The notes under the pieces are model-generated. The model did no database searches. It saw only the letters and a list, made by a program, of their open reading frames with translations, and was not told the DNA's origin. 64,000 bases of DNA from the IMG/VR virus record IMGVR_UViG_3300033991_000293, positions 706 through 64,705 of that record; one strand, written 5' to 3'. Positions 46,980-55,797 of this stretch are shown in pieces. Origin of the DNA: a virus. Lineage: Duplodnaviria > Caudoviricetes. Each line of letters begins with the position of its first letter. Within the stretch, counting starts at the first letter, position 1. The position numbers were made by a program, and so were the translations under genes.

Positions 46980-47744
46980 ATGATCACATTTTGTGTAGTG
47001 AATCAAAAGGGTGGGACAGCGAAAACCACGACCGCCGTCACGATGGCCCATGCCCTGGCGCTCGAGGGACGACGAACCCTTATCGTCGACACCGACCCCC
47101 AGGGGCATGTGGCTGTGGCCCTGGGAAAGGATAAGGCCCCAGGTATCCGCGCATTGATTGAGCAGCCCCATAACCTGCCGCTCGTGCAGGCCCGCCCCAA
47201 CCTGTGGATGCTGCCGAGTGACAAATCCACCGAACAGGCCAAGTGTATCCTGACCGGTATGCCATTTAGGGAGACTATCCTGCGTAGAGCCCTGGCCAAC
47301 CTAGACTTTGATGTCACCGTGATTGACTGTGCCCCAAGTCTAGATGTCCTGCACCTTGCCGCTATGATCGCCGCCAACTGGATGATCATCCCGACCCGTC
47401 TGGATTTCCTGGCAGTGGACGGAGTGAATGAAGTCCTCCGTACACTGACCACAGTCCGCCAGGCCGGCACCGCCCCGCGAGTCTTGGGTATCTTGCCGAC
47501 CTTTCTCGACCGGCAGACCTCCGAGACAGTTGTCCAACTCCGTACTTTGGCCAGCGCCTTTGTCAGTCTGGTCCTCCCACCCATCCCTGTGGATACCAAA
47601 CTGCGTGAAGCGCCAGCACATGGCTTGACGATCTGGGAGTATGCTCCCACGTCTCGCAGTGTTGTGGGTACACAAACCGGAAATGGACGCAAGGTTGGAG
47701 GATATCTGGAATTCATGGCACGAGTGAGGAGAGTCCTGAAATGA
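46980..47744 (+). CDS. parA: ParA/Soj partition ATPase
   Basis: NQKGGTAKTTT, DTDPQG, IDCAPS and KLREAPAHG. Confidence 0.95.
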   Translation: MITFCVVNQKGGTAKTTTAVTMAHALALEGRRTLIVDTDPQGHVAVALGKDKAPGIRALIEQPHNLPLVQARPNLWMLPSDKSTEQAKCILTGMPFRETILRRALANLDFDVTVIDCAPSLDVLHLAAMIAANWMIIPTRLDFLAVDGVNEVLRTLTTVRQAGTAPRVLGILPTFLDRQTSETVVQLRTLASAFVSLVLPPIPVDTKLREAPAHGLTIWEYAPTSRSVVGTQTGNGRKVGGYLEFMARVRRVLK

Positions 47745-48175
47745 GTAAGCACCTGGGCCCCAATGTTGTGGATGCCGCTCAGGTCATCCCTGAACCTGAA
47801 CTATCTCGTGTGCGCCGACCATCAGTTGATCCGGCAGTCGCCGCTCTCCTCGGCCAGGATGATCAGCGTCAGGCCATGCAGATTATGACACCGGCAGGCC
47901 GCAGGAAGTGGAAGCGGGAGCAGGCCCGAACTCGCGCAACGTATGACCTGCCGCAGGCCCTGCTCGATGCTGTCCGGCAGGTAGGAGAGCAGGAAGCCCT
48001 GCCCAATAGTGCAGTCGTAGCCGCCCTCGTAGCCCAGGGGTTACATCATCTCCAGGCCGGCACCTGGAGCCTGGAGGGAGCAAAGTCAATGGCCCGCTCG
48101 CCGCTTTTCGAGTACCTGGTGGATGAAGAAACAGTGCTGGCCATTTTGACCGGAAAACTGAGTTTACAGATTTGA
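47741..48175 (+). CDS. putative centromere-binding protein (RHH/ParG-like)
   Basis: Coupled to parA; RATYDLPQALLDAVRQ...SAVVAALV ribbon-helix-helix pattern. Confidence 0.6.
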   Translation: MSKHLGPNVVDAAQVIPEPELSRVRRPSVDPAVAALLGQDDQRQAMQIMTPAGRRKWKREQARTRATYDLPQALLDAVRQVGEQEALPNSAVVAALVAQGLHHLQAGTWSLEGAKSMARSPLFEYLVDEETVLAILTGKLSLQI

Positions 48176-48209
48176 GGGAAATCCTGCCGACAGGCCAGAA
48201 TGTGGCCGA

Positions 48210-48291
48210 ACGGCACCGTTATACGGCACCCACTATGGTGCCCCTGATGGCACCCTGGACGGCACCCTGGATGGCACCGTTATACGGCACC
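48210..48291 (+). repeat. array of AYGGCACC 8-mers
   Basis: Copies at 48210, 48223, 48247, 48259, 48271 and 48284, plus a variant at 48235; 12-13 bp period. Confidence 0.9.
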
Positions 48292-48405
48292 GCCTGATGC
48301 CCTACGATGGCAGGAGAGTCCTGAAAAGTCCTATGCTGGACAACTCTACGTGTAGGCGATTTCTGACCCTAGAATCGCCTCCTACGGAATTGAGCAGGAG
48401 GAAAT

Positions 48406-50508
48406 GTGAGAAAGAAAATCGAATTCATGGCAGACCGGATCGAAGCCCTTTTGTCTCTGCATAAAGTGCCCGCCAGGGTTGCAGGGGGAACACTAACCCC
48501 GCGATGGATACGCTTTCAGGTCTTGCCGCAACCTGGCTATAAGATCAGCCGCATCAAGGGATTGACAGAGGAACTCGCAGCCGCTTTGGATGTACCCAAC
48601 GTCCGAGTGGCACGCATGGGAGCAGCGATCACCATCGAAGTGCCACGGGATGACCAGCAGCCGGTCAGGTTTGTCCCGCTCATGGCATATCTGGCTGAGG
48701 AGGGGGGATTTGTCCATAGCAATGCCCTAATTGGCCTATGTGAAGATGGAGCCCCCCTCCTGGTCCGGATTGCTTCCCCCGATGTCGCCCATATTCTGAT
48801 TGCGGGAAACACAGGATCAGGCAAGACCATGCTGATGACGTCCATGATCATGAGTCTGGCCATGACCCATAGGCCCCCCACCCCATCGGAACTGCTTCAA
48901 AGCAGGTATGCGAAACAGGCAAAACCGGAATCTGGTGGGCAGCAGACCCTGGGACTGATTCTGGTTGACCCAAAGGGGCATGCCTTTGCCCCGTTTGTCG
49001 ATCTGCCGCATTTGATCAGACCCATCATCCATGATCACGCTGAAACTACAGAATGCCTGGCCAGTCTTGTCCGCCTGATGGAGAAAAGAAGCGCCTCGCC
49101 CAACTTCACCGACCCCACGATCATCCTCTTTATCGACGAACTCGCCGACTACCTGATGGTGGAAGGCAAACAGGCAAACTTTCTCTTGACCCGCCTGACA
49201 CAAAGGGGAAGGGAAGCAGGTATCCACATTGTTGCTGCGACCCAAAAGCCAACAGCCGCCGTGCTCGGGCCCCTGGTGAAAGCCAACTTCCCTGTGCGTC
49301 TCGTTGGGCGAGTGGCATCCATCGAAGATGCCCGCACAGGGACAGGATGGGCAGGGACAGGAGCAGAAAGATTACAGGGGAGTGGGGATTTCCTGGCGAT
49401 TGGGGAAGGCCGATCTCTGCATTTCCAGTCGCCCCATGTCTCTGTCGAGGAACTAGAACGCATAGTCACCTGGATCTGCAAGACAGGGGGATGGACAAAG
49501 CAGCCCCCCGAACATCAGCAGGGGAAAGATACTCTTGGCAGCAAGGTGATGAGCAGCCTGGACAAGATTGTTGCACTATTCGTGCAGCCGGCTCCAGCAC
49601 CGCAGGAACCACCGCCCCAGGTCAAAGCCCAGGCGACACCTGCCCCCCCATCCTCCGCACTGCTGACCCGCCCCCAGGAAGATATACTGCCGCCTGCGCC
49701 CCCGCCCGCCCCAGATGACGTGGAAGTGCTGGTGCAACGTCTGCAGGCCCTGGATTGGGACCCGAACCGCTCTATCCGCGAAGCCTGTCGCGCCCTGGGC
49801 AAAAGTGAAGGGGGAGCCCCCTACCGTTTGGTTTCACAGGCAGTCGAACGTCTAAGGGCAGCCGCATTGACAAGCCAAGACGACAGTCAAGATGCGCAGC
49901 AGCAGGAGGAACAAGCCACCAGCGCCATCGAATGGCAGGTATATGAATGTCGCCTGCCGGTCAGTGACATCAGCCTGGCACAAGTCCTCATGGGGGATGA
50001 TCAGCCAGGGGATGATCAGCAGGGAAGGGGGGAACAAGTCCAGGAGGGGATGCTGCCTCCCATAGAACTGCCAGCGACTGCGACTGCGACTGCGAACGCT
50101 ACCACCGAGAAAGACCCCGACGCCACGCCAGCGCCGGATCTGCCGCCTTCTTTCGATAGTCGCAGTCGCACAGTCGCAGGGGAAGCAATCGACCCTGCCC
50201 GCATCCCCCCATCCATCTGGCTGGATCGGGAGTGCCTGCACCGCCTCGACCCACTGGCCAGGCTTTGGTTGCAGATACTCCAGCGCCAGGCCGATGCTAC
50301 AATACAACTGGCCCAAATCAGCGCCGACCTGCTGAGACTGACCACTGCTGGCAAGATGCATGGGGATGGTGATCACCTGGAGTTTCTATCCAATGCCCTG
50401 CAGGCCCTGCGCCTCAATATGGAAGCCAGGGACCGTGACCGCACAATCGATGCCTTTGCTGATGTACTCGACGCCGTGTTGATCGGGATAGGGGGAAAGT
50501 CAGAGTGA
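48406..50508 (+). CDS. FtsK/SpoIIIE (TraB-like) DNA translocase without an N-terminal membrane domain
   Basis: FtsK alpha domain, HILIAGNTGSGKT, VDPKG, FIDELAD, GREAGIHIVAATQKP and GAERLQGSGD. Confidence 0.9.
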   Translation: MRKKIEFMADRIEALLSLHKVPARVAGGTLTPRWIRFQVLPQPGYKISRIKGLTEELAAALDVPNVRVARMGAAITIEVPRDDQQPVRFVPLMAYLAEEGGFVHSNALIGLCEDGAPLLVRIASPDVAHILIAGNTGSGKTMLMTSMIMSLAMTHRPPTPSELLQSRYAKQAKPESGGQQTLGLILVDPKGHAFAPFVDLPHLIRPIIHDHAETTECLASLVRLMEKRSASPNFTDPTIILFIDELADYLMVEGKQANFLLTRLTQRGREAGIHIVAATQKPTAAVLGPLVKANFPVRLVGRVASIEDARTGTGWAGTGAERLQGSGDFLAIGEGRSLHFQSPHVSVEELERIVTWICKTGGWTKQPPEHQQGKDTLGSKVMSSLDKIVALFVQPAPAPQEPPPQVKAQATPAPPSSALLTRPQEDILPPAPPPAPDDVEVLVQRLQALDWDPNRSIREACRALGKSEGGAPYRLVSQAVERLRAAALTSQDDSQDAQQQEEQATSAIEWQVYECRLPVSDISLAQVLMGDDQPGDDQQGRGEQVQEGMLPPIELPATATATANATTEKDPDATPAPDLPPSFDSRSRTVAGEAIDPARIPPSIWLDRECLHRLDPLARLWLQILQRQADATIQLAQISADLLRLTTAGKMHGDGDHLEFLSNALQALRLNMEARDRDRTIDAFADVLDAVLIGIGGKSE

Positions 50509-51059
50509 ATTGGACAGAACTGCTCGCCGCCTTCGGGAGCCTATGGGAAGTGCCCCGCCGAGTCCAGGCCATGTTGACTAGGCCCCTGGTAGATATCCCG
50601 ATCTATCGCCTGGCCAATTGGAGTGGATGGGAAGGTGAACGGCTCCTGGCGTATTATGGAGTCCGTACCTACAGCCGTGGTTTTGACCCAATCTTGGGTG
50701 AGTACCGCCAGGATGACCCACACTGCCTCCATCTCTATGTTTCGATCAAGCAGGCAAGATGGGCCGAACATCTGCTGCTCGCCGCCCGGGCCCCATTGGC
50801 CCTCATTCGATGGCATACCTATTATCCGCCCTTCATGCCTGTACCCTGGCATGCACCATTGAAGCCTGCCGGAGTGACCGGTTGGCTCCTGACTGCGCTC
50901 GACGCCCTGACGGGCGACACAGTAACCCGGCACCTGGAGACTTTGCTTCAGGCCGGAGAAAGGACACCACGATGTTTGTACCGCAAATTGTATCCCAGGC
51001 CCCGCAAGCACCGGAAAAGAAACCGAAAGCCCGCCGATGGCCATACGTTTTATTGGTAG
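50505..51059 (+). CDS. hypothetical protein
   Basis: GTGA-coupled to the FtsK gene. Confidence 0.6.
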   Translation: MNWTELLAAFGSLWEVPRRVQAMLTRPLVDIPIYRLANWSGWEGERLLAYYGVRTYSRGFDPILGEYRQDDPHCLHLYVSIKQARWAEHLLLAARAPLALIRWHTYYPPFMPVPWHAPLKPAGVTGWLLTALDALTGDTVTRHLETLLQAGERTPRCLYRKLYPRPRKHRKRNRKPADGHTFYW

Positions 51060-51448
51060 TGCCCCTGGCAGTCTTCGGCATTACCCTCGCAGTGATAGTG
51101 GCCAGGCATCTGACGCCTGAAGCCCAGGCAGTGCTGGCAGGAGCAGCCTGTGGCTTAGTGGCCGCTGTCCCTGTCAGCCTGGCCATTGTCGCGGTCACTG
51201 GCAGGATGCGATCTCGGAAAGAAGATAAAGAGCAGCCTGCTGCTCTCCCAGGATATCCCATGCCATACGGCCAACCATACGGCCAACCGCCCATCGTCAT
51301 CCAGACCACGGCAGCCCCATCACCACAACCGCCCTGGACCCCCCCACCTGCAGAGTGGGGAACACAAACCCAACGCAAATTTACCGAGATAGGGGCAGGC
51401 CACGGTTTGGGAGTGGGTGATTTGCTCGATCTGGAACCGGATGGCTGA
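50972..51448 (+). CDS. two-TM membrane protein with Pro-rich tail
   Basis: RBS AAGGA; two hydrophobic helices; C-term RKFTEIG. Confidence 0.7.
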   Translation: MFVPQIVSQAPQAPEKKPKARRWPYVLLVVPLAVFGITLAVIVARHLTPEAQAVLAGAACGLVAAVPVSLAIVAVTGRMRSRKEDKEQPAALPGYPMPYGQPYGQPPIVIQTTAAPSPQPPWTPPPAEWGTQTQRKFTEIGAGHGLGVGDLLDLEPDG

Positions 51449-51458
51449 AAATTGGGAC

Positions 51459-51487
51459 TTGACAAGTCTGAAACTCTGATGTATAAT
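51459..51487 (+). promoter_or_regulatory. sigma70-type promoter for the phage sigma gene
   Basis: TTGACA-17-TATAAT, exact consensus. Confidence 0.85.
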
Positions 51488-51534
51488 TAGTGTACCGACT
51501 GAGACCGACCGAGAGAAACCCAGGAGGAAACAGG

Positions 51535-52101
51535 ATGGACAATCAGAGTATACCCGCAGAATTGACAGACCTGGCCACGGGCATCCGCCGCATCGCAGGG
51601 AGCCTGACCGCTCATTACCAGGGAAGCCTCGAGTTTGATGATCTGGAGCAGCAGATGTGGTTGGTATACTGTGAGCAGGCCGACACCGACTTTATCAACC
51701 GCCCACTTCCATATCAACTAAACCGCCTGGCCTGGCGTACCCGTGATTGGGCCCGTCATGAACTGGCTAAAATGAACCACATCGCCATCGAAGTTGAACT
51801 CGATGGCCTGGATGAGTGGGAATATCTGGCCTTACCAGTTTACATCACCGACACCGACGACGACCCGCTCGCTAAGATGATCGCCCAGGAGACTGACCGA
51901 GACCTGGTGCAGATGATCACCCAGGCCCTGGCGATTTTGGAATCCCACAACCCACGCACGGTCACCGTAGCCCAGGAACTGATGACCGGAAAAGAAAAGT
52001 GCCAGATCGCCCGTGACCTGGGCATCGGCCAAAGTGCTGTCTCCGGTCATGTGCAACTTCTACGAACGACCCTTACCACTGTGCTTTCGCAGGTTGCATG
52101 A
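51535..52101 (+). CDS. sigma-70/ECF-like sigma factor
   Basis: IRRIA...EFDDLEQQMWL region-2-like; GKEKCQIARDLGIGQSAVSGHV region-4 HTH. Confidence 0.7.
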   Translation: MDNQSIPAELTDLATGIRRIAGSLTAHYQGSLEFDDLEQQMWLVYCEQADTDFINRPLPYQLNRLAWRTRDWARHELAKMNHIAIEVELDGLDEWEYLALPVYITDTDDDPLAKMIAQETDRDLVQMITQALAILESHNPRTVTVAQELMTGKEKCQIARDLGIGQSAVSGHVQLLRTTLTTVLSQVA

Positions 52102-52180
52102 TTGGCCTGCTGGCAGGGGCAAGGGGGGAGAGAAACCTGCCCACTTCCCCCGCCCCTGCCTCCCTCCCCCCACTGAAAAT

Positions 52181-52267
52181 ATAACCGGATCAAAATGACC
52201 GGTTATAATAACCGGTCAAATTTGACCGGTAGAGTCATAATATAACCGGTACAATTTGCACCGGTCA
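52181..52267. repeat. ACCGG(T) iteron cluster, putative replication origin
   Basis: Six ACCGG copies (52184, 52198, 52211, 52225, 52245, 52260) in AT-rich DNA; 20-bp perfect palindrome at 52211-52230. Confidence 0.7.
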
Positions 52268-52318
52268 TGAAGAAGAATCATGTTCTTGAAGAAGAAGAAA
52301 AGAGAATCAGATTCTAAC

Positions 52319-52345
52319 TGAAGTTTTGGCCTCGAACTTCGTTAT
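52319..52345 (+). promoter_or_regulatory. phage-sigma-type promoter motif 3
   Basis: TGAAGT-15-CGTTAT. Confidence 0.7.
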
Positions 52346-52362
52346 ATACGTAGGAAGAAAAG

Positions 52363-52617
52363 ATGGACGAGAACAGGTTAAAACGATACTTCTGGCTGGA
52401 TATGAACCGTTGTCTAGCCAATTGCAAGGATGGCACCCGCTGTGGCAACTATCGCCTCCTCCCATACGAACGACGGCCAGGTGATCTCGTGTTCCCTGAA
52501 TTTTGCTGGGCCCACCGCAACCAGGAGCAGCCGACCGAGAAGTTAGCCAAACATAATCTGCAACTCGATACGAGATATCGGCCAATACCCATCCACAAGC
52601 CAACAGCAGGCAAATAG
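52363..52617 (+). CDS. small Cys/His zinc-finger protein
   Basis: RCLANCKDGTRCGN...FCWAH. Confidence 0.65.
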   Translation: MDENRLKRYFWLDMNRCLANCKDGTRCGNYRLLPYERRPGDLVFPEFCWAHRNQEQPTEKLAKHNLQLDTRYRPIPIHKPTAGK

Positions 52618-52646
52618 TTGACCAAGAGACAAGACTGATGTACAAT
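52618..52646 (+). promoter_or_regulatory. sigma70-type promoter
   Basis: TTGACC-17-TACAAT. Confidence 0.6.
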
Positions 52647-52655
52647 AGGAGCAGC

Positions 52656-53336
52656 ATGCCGAACGATGGGTTGATTCACTACAACAGAATCGTCGAGGGG
52701 AGCCTGACCGATGGGCCTGGTATCCGCACAGTGCTCTTTATGCAGGGATGTACTATCCACTGCCCAGGATGCCAGAACCAACACCTGTGGGAACAGGATG
52801 GAGCCCTGGTGGAAGCACCATTCCAAGTGGCCGAGAAACTTCTGGCCACAGGCCAGGCGATTACCCTCACAGGGGGGGAACCGACTGACCAGCCGCTCGC
52901 ACTTTACACGTTGATCATCACGCTCAAGCGCCACCAGCCGGCACCGCATATCATCGTCTACACAGGCCGAACCCTCGACGATGTGGCAGGCGATAAAAGT
53001 GAAGCAGGCCGACAGGCCCTGGCAGCATTGATCTCCACCGACGTCGTGGTGGATGGCCCATTTATCGCCGCCCAGGATGATGACATGCTGCAGTGGAAAG
53101 GATCGGGCAATCAGCGCCCGATCGACATGCAGGCAACACTGTGGGCGATGTTCCAGGCCGAAGATAACAGGTTGGATCAGATTGCTCACTACATTGTGCC
53201 TGCTGAATGTTGGGACACCATGACCCTGATTATCACGCCCAGGGGAGTGGTTGGCCCTGCCGGATTGATCGAAAAGATAGCCCAGGAGGGAGATTGTGTT
53301 GTCGACCATCGACCATGTGGCAGCACCCGCACCTGA
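52656..53336 (+). CDS. NrdG-like radical SAM protein
   Basis: DGPGIRTVLFMQGCTIHCPGCQN, TGGEP, YTG, DVVVDGPF and GSGNQR. Confidence 0.85.
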   Translation: MPNDGLIHYNRIVEGSLTDGPGIRTVLFMQGCTIHCPGCQNQHLWEQDGALVEAPFQVAEKLLATGQAITLTGGEPTDQPLALYTLIITLKRHQPAPHIIVYTGRTLDDVAGDKSEAGRQALAALISTDVVVDGPFIAAQDDDMLQWKGSGNQRPIDMQATLWAMFQAEDNRLDQIAHYIVPAECWDTMTLIITPRGVVGPAGLIEKIAQEGDCVVDHRPCGSTRT

Positions 53337-53649
53337 CCTGAAAACAGTACTGGAGGAAGAAATGTCCGCCCTGGCTGTTCTCCTCGACGAACTCGTCGGA
53401 CGAGGGGGAGAAGTGCAGATCAAGCGAACTCGCGCCCGCTTTGGGTTTGGGTTTGGCTCTACATGGGAACTCACCCTGTGGAGCCCGACACCAGGGAGCG
53501 ATTACCCGCATATCGATGCGCGCATCCATGCGACGACATCGCTCGATCTGCTCCGCCAGTTAGAAACCTACTTGGAACTGAAGCAGGAACGGGAGCAGGC
53601 CCTTGTCGCACTTGGTCGTCGGCCAGCGGTACAAAGCACAACTGCCTAA
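53296..53649 (+). CDS. hypothetical protein
   Basis: RBS AGGAGG. Confidence 0.6.
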   Translation: MLSTIDHVAAPAPDLKTVLEEEMSALAVLLDELVGRGGEVQIKRTRARFGFGFGSTWELTLWSPTPGSDYPHIDARIHATTSLDLLRQLETYLELKQEREQALVALGRRPAVQSTTA

Positions 53650-53878
53650 TCGAATCATCGTCAGCGGTATAATGGCCGGAACGACCGCAGGCGATGGAGT
53701 GATTCTCGAAGTGGACTGCCGTACCCTGCCTCAGAGCAGTTGGCAAGCGGGAGCAGGCCAGGGAGTGCAGCCTGTAGAACCACCGTACCGGATGTGTGTC
53801 CAGCCAGAGTGGATATTAGACATAGAGCAGACCCAGGAGGAATCCCATGTCCAAGATAGTGTCACCCGCACAGATTGA
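53603..53878 (+). CDS. hypothetical protein
   Basis: Fills the operon gap; TTG start. Confidence 0.5.
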   Translation: MSHLVVGQRYKAQLPNRIIVSGIMAGTTAGDGVILEVDCRTLPQSSWQAGAGQGVQPVEPPYRMCVQPEWILDIEQTQEESHVQDSVTRTD

Positions 53879-54188
53879 CACCGAGACAACGGAACCAACC
53901 GTGGTCTTTGATGTCACTGCCCGCATCGAAAAGTGCTGGCGGATTAGTATCCCTACAGCGGTCATCCGCCGTCTATGTGATGAATACCGCCAGGCAAATA
54001 ATATCTCTCCATATCGTCCTCTCTACGCCGAGACCATACTCAATCTGGTCAGAGAGCAGGGGGGAGAATGGTCAGAATATATCCCCGACCGTGAACCCTG
54101 GAACGAATTCGCCGTCATCCCGTTTCAGGTCTTTGGCAGTGCCCTCCTCGCTGTCGAGGAAGAGTGGCACGCGAAGAATGATGACTGA
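53847..54188 (+). CDS. hypothetical protein
   Basis: RBS CCCAGGAGGA. Confidence 0.7.
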   Translation: MSKIVSPAQIDTETTEPTVVFDVTARIEKCWRISIPTAVIRRLCDEYRQANNISPYRPLYAETILNLVREQGGEWSEYIPDREPWNEFAVIPFQVFGSALLAVEEEWHAKNDD

Positions 54189-54201
54189 TCGGAGAAATCC
54201 C

Positions 54202-54624
54202 ATGCGAGACCCCGCCGATCGCTTTCTCGAAGAAGATGGTGATCACCCAAGCCCCGAACCCGCCTGGCTCCAGGAAATGGCTAACCTGCCGGTCTTTGTG
54301 GTTGTAGCACAGGATGATGCCGTGCTTGGATTCCCTGCCCCTGGGCCTGATAGGCTCCCAGGTATTTTAGCCTTCGACAACTTTGCAATGGCCAGCGCCC
54401 TGGCCCTGGCCCTGGAAGGTAAGATTTTAAGTATGCGATTGGCCGATGCCGCCGCCAGTGCAATCAGCAAGGGAGCGAGTCTGTGTGTCATGGATGTGGT
54501 AAACGGCATCTATTGGGAACTCAAGCCCGATGCCCCCGTTACTTTATCTCTGCGGGACCAGCCAATCACGGCAGAACAACAGGCCATCATGCAGGCCATC
54601 ACCAGGCCATGCGGTGTAGGATAA
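54202..54624 (+). CDS. hypothetical protein, paralogue of 54626-55006 (start uncertain)
   Basis: PGILAF...ASALALAL and C-terminal RPCGVG. Confidence 0.65.
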   Translation: MRDPADRFLEEDGDHPSPEPAWLQEMANLPVFVVVAQDDAVLGFPAPGPDRLPGILAFDNFAMASALALALEGKILSMRLADAAASAISKGASLCVMDVVNGIYWELKPDAPVTLSLRDQPITAEQQAIMQAITRPCGVG

Positions 54625-54625
54625 C

Positions 54626-55006
54626 ATGGACATTCCTGACGATATGGCCGAGTGCTACGTGTACATCGTCTTGATGTCTCTGGATGATGGAACCGTTCTC
54701 TCAATGCCTGCTACACCACCCACCCGACCCGCAGGAGTCCTCGCCTTCATGACCCCTGAAATCGCCCTGGGTTTGGCAAGTGCCCTGGGAGTCGCCGGAG
54801 TGGTACGGGCAAAAGTGAAGGAAGCCATCCGCCTGGCCCATGATCATGGCCTCGCCTTATATCTGCTCGATCATACTGAAGGCAAGTACCACGAACTCAC
54901 AGGCCGCACAGACTGTATGGGGCAGCCTGAACCCCTCGCCCTCATCACGGGCAAGCCCGCGATGGAAATCGGGATAGCCCTCAGCAGGCCCACTGGCTAT
55001 GGATAA
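54626..55006 (+). CDS. hypothetical protein, paralogue of 54202-54624
   Basis: AGVLAF...ALGLASAL and C-terminal RPTGYG. Confidence 0.65.
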   Translation: MDIPDDMAECYVYIVLMSLDDGTVLSMPATPPTRPAGVLAFMTPEIALGLASALGVAGVVRAKVKEAIRLAHDHGLALYLLDHTEGKYHELTGRTDCMGQPEPLALITGKPAMEIGIALSRPTGYG

Positions 55007-55742
55007 CTGGTTGGGACCATATCACCTGGGCCCTGATGATAGGGAGACCTTTGGCATCTACCACGGTGATTGCCGAGATTTGACCACGGCCATCCCCGAC
55101 CATAGTATCCAGTGCATCTTTACTGACCCACCATATCAAAAAGTCTTTTTACCGCTCTATGCATGGTTGGCCCAGGAAACGCCCCGCCTCCTCACGCCAG
55201 ACGGGTTTCTACTCGTCTACTCAGGAGGGTATTGGAAGGACGTGATCATGGCCATGATGCGGGAGACCCTCGAATACTGGTGGGATTACCAGACGAAATC
55301 GACCGAGTCGCCCGTGATCTGGCAGCGCATGACTGTGGCCAAAGTCAAAAGTATCCTCGTCTATCGCCCCCCAGGGGGAATCGGTCAACCGCAATTCGGG
55401 ATGGTCCTCGGTCTGTGGGAAGGTGGAACCCAGGATAAAGCATACCATACCTGGTCCCAACCGGAATCTACTCAACGCTATTTCACCCAGGCTTTTGCAG
55501 CCCCCACCGGCATCGTTTTGGATCCATTTTGTGGAGGGGGAACTTGCCCTGCGATCTGCGCGGTCACTGGCCACCGATGGTTGGCCTTCGATAATGATAC
55601 CGATGCTGTGGAGCGAAGCCGTCTCCGTGTAAGCCGCCAACTCGATGCCCCACCACCCGCTTGTAATAATAGCCCTGTGGTACAGATTCGCCTCCCCTTT
55701 GCTGTACCAACCCCTGCCGACCTGACTAATCAAGCCAACTGA
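54999..55742 (+). CDS. N6A/N4C DNA methyltransferase
   Basis: IYHGDC, FTDPPY and VLDPFCGGGT. Confidence 0.85.
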   Translation: MDNWLGPYHLGPDDRETFGIYHGDCRDLTTAIPDHSIQCIFTDPPYQKVFLPLYAWLAQETPRLLTPDGFLLVYSGGYWKDVIMAMMRETLEYWWDYQTKSTESPVIWQRMTVAKVKSILVYRPPGGIGQPQFGMVLGLWEGGTQDKAYHTWSQPESTQRYFTQAFAAPTGIVLDPFCGGGTCPAICAVTGHRWLAFDNDTDAVERSRLRVSRQLDAPPPACNNSPVVQIRLPFAVPTPADLTNQAN

Positions 55743-55766
55743 AGTTCTGACAACGAATTGCGTTAT
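55740..55766 (+). promoter_or_regulatory. phage-sigma-type promoter motif 4
   Basis: TGAAGT-15-CGTTAT. Confidence 0.7.
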
Positions 55767-55797
55767 ATAGGTAGATGGATCAACCCAGGAGGAAGAT

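Noticed and set aside
52656-53336. Anaerobic ribonucleotide reductase system (nrdDG)
   Set aside because: No NrdD in the window, so the gene symbol is withheld.
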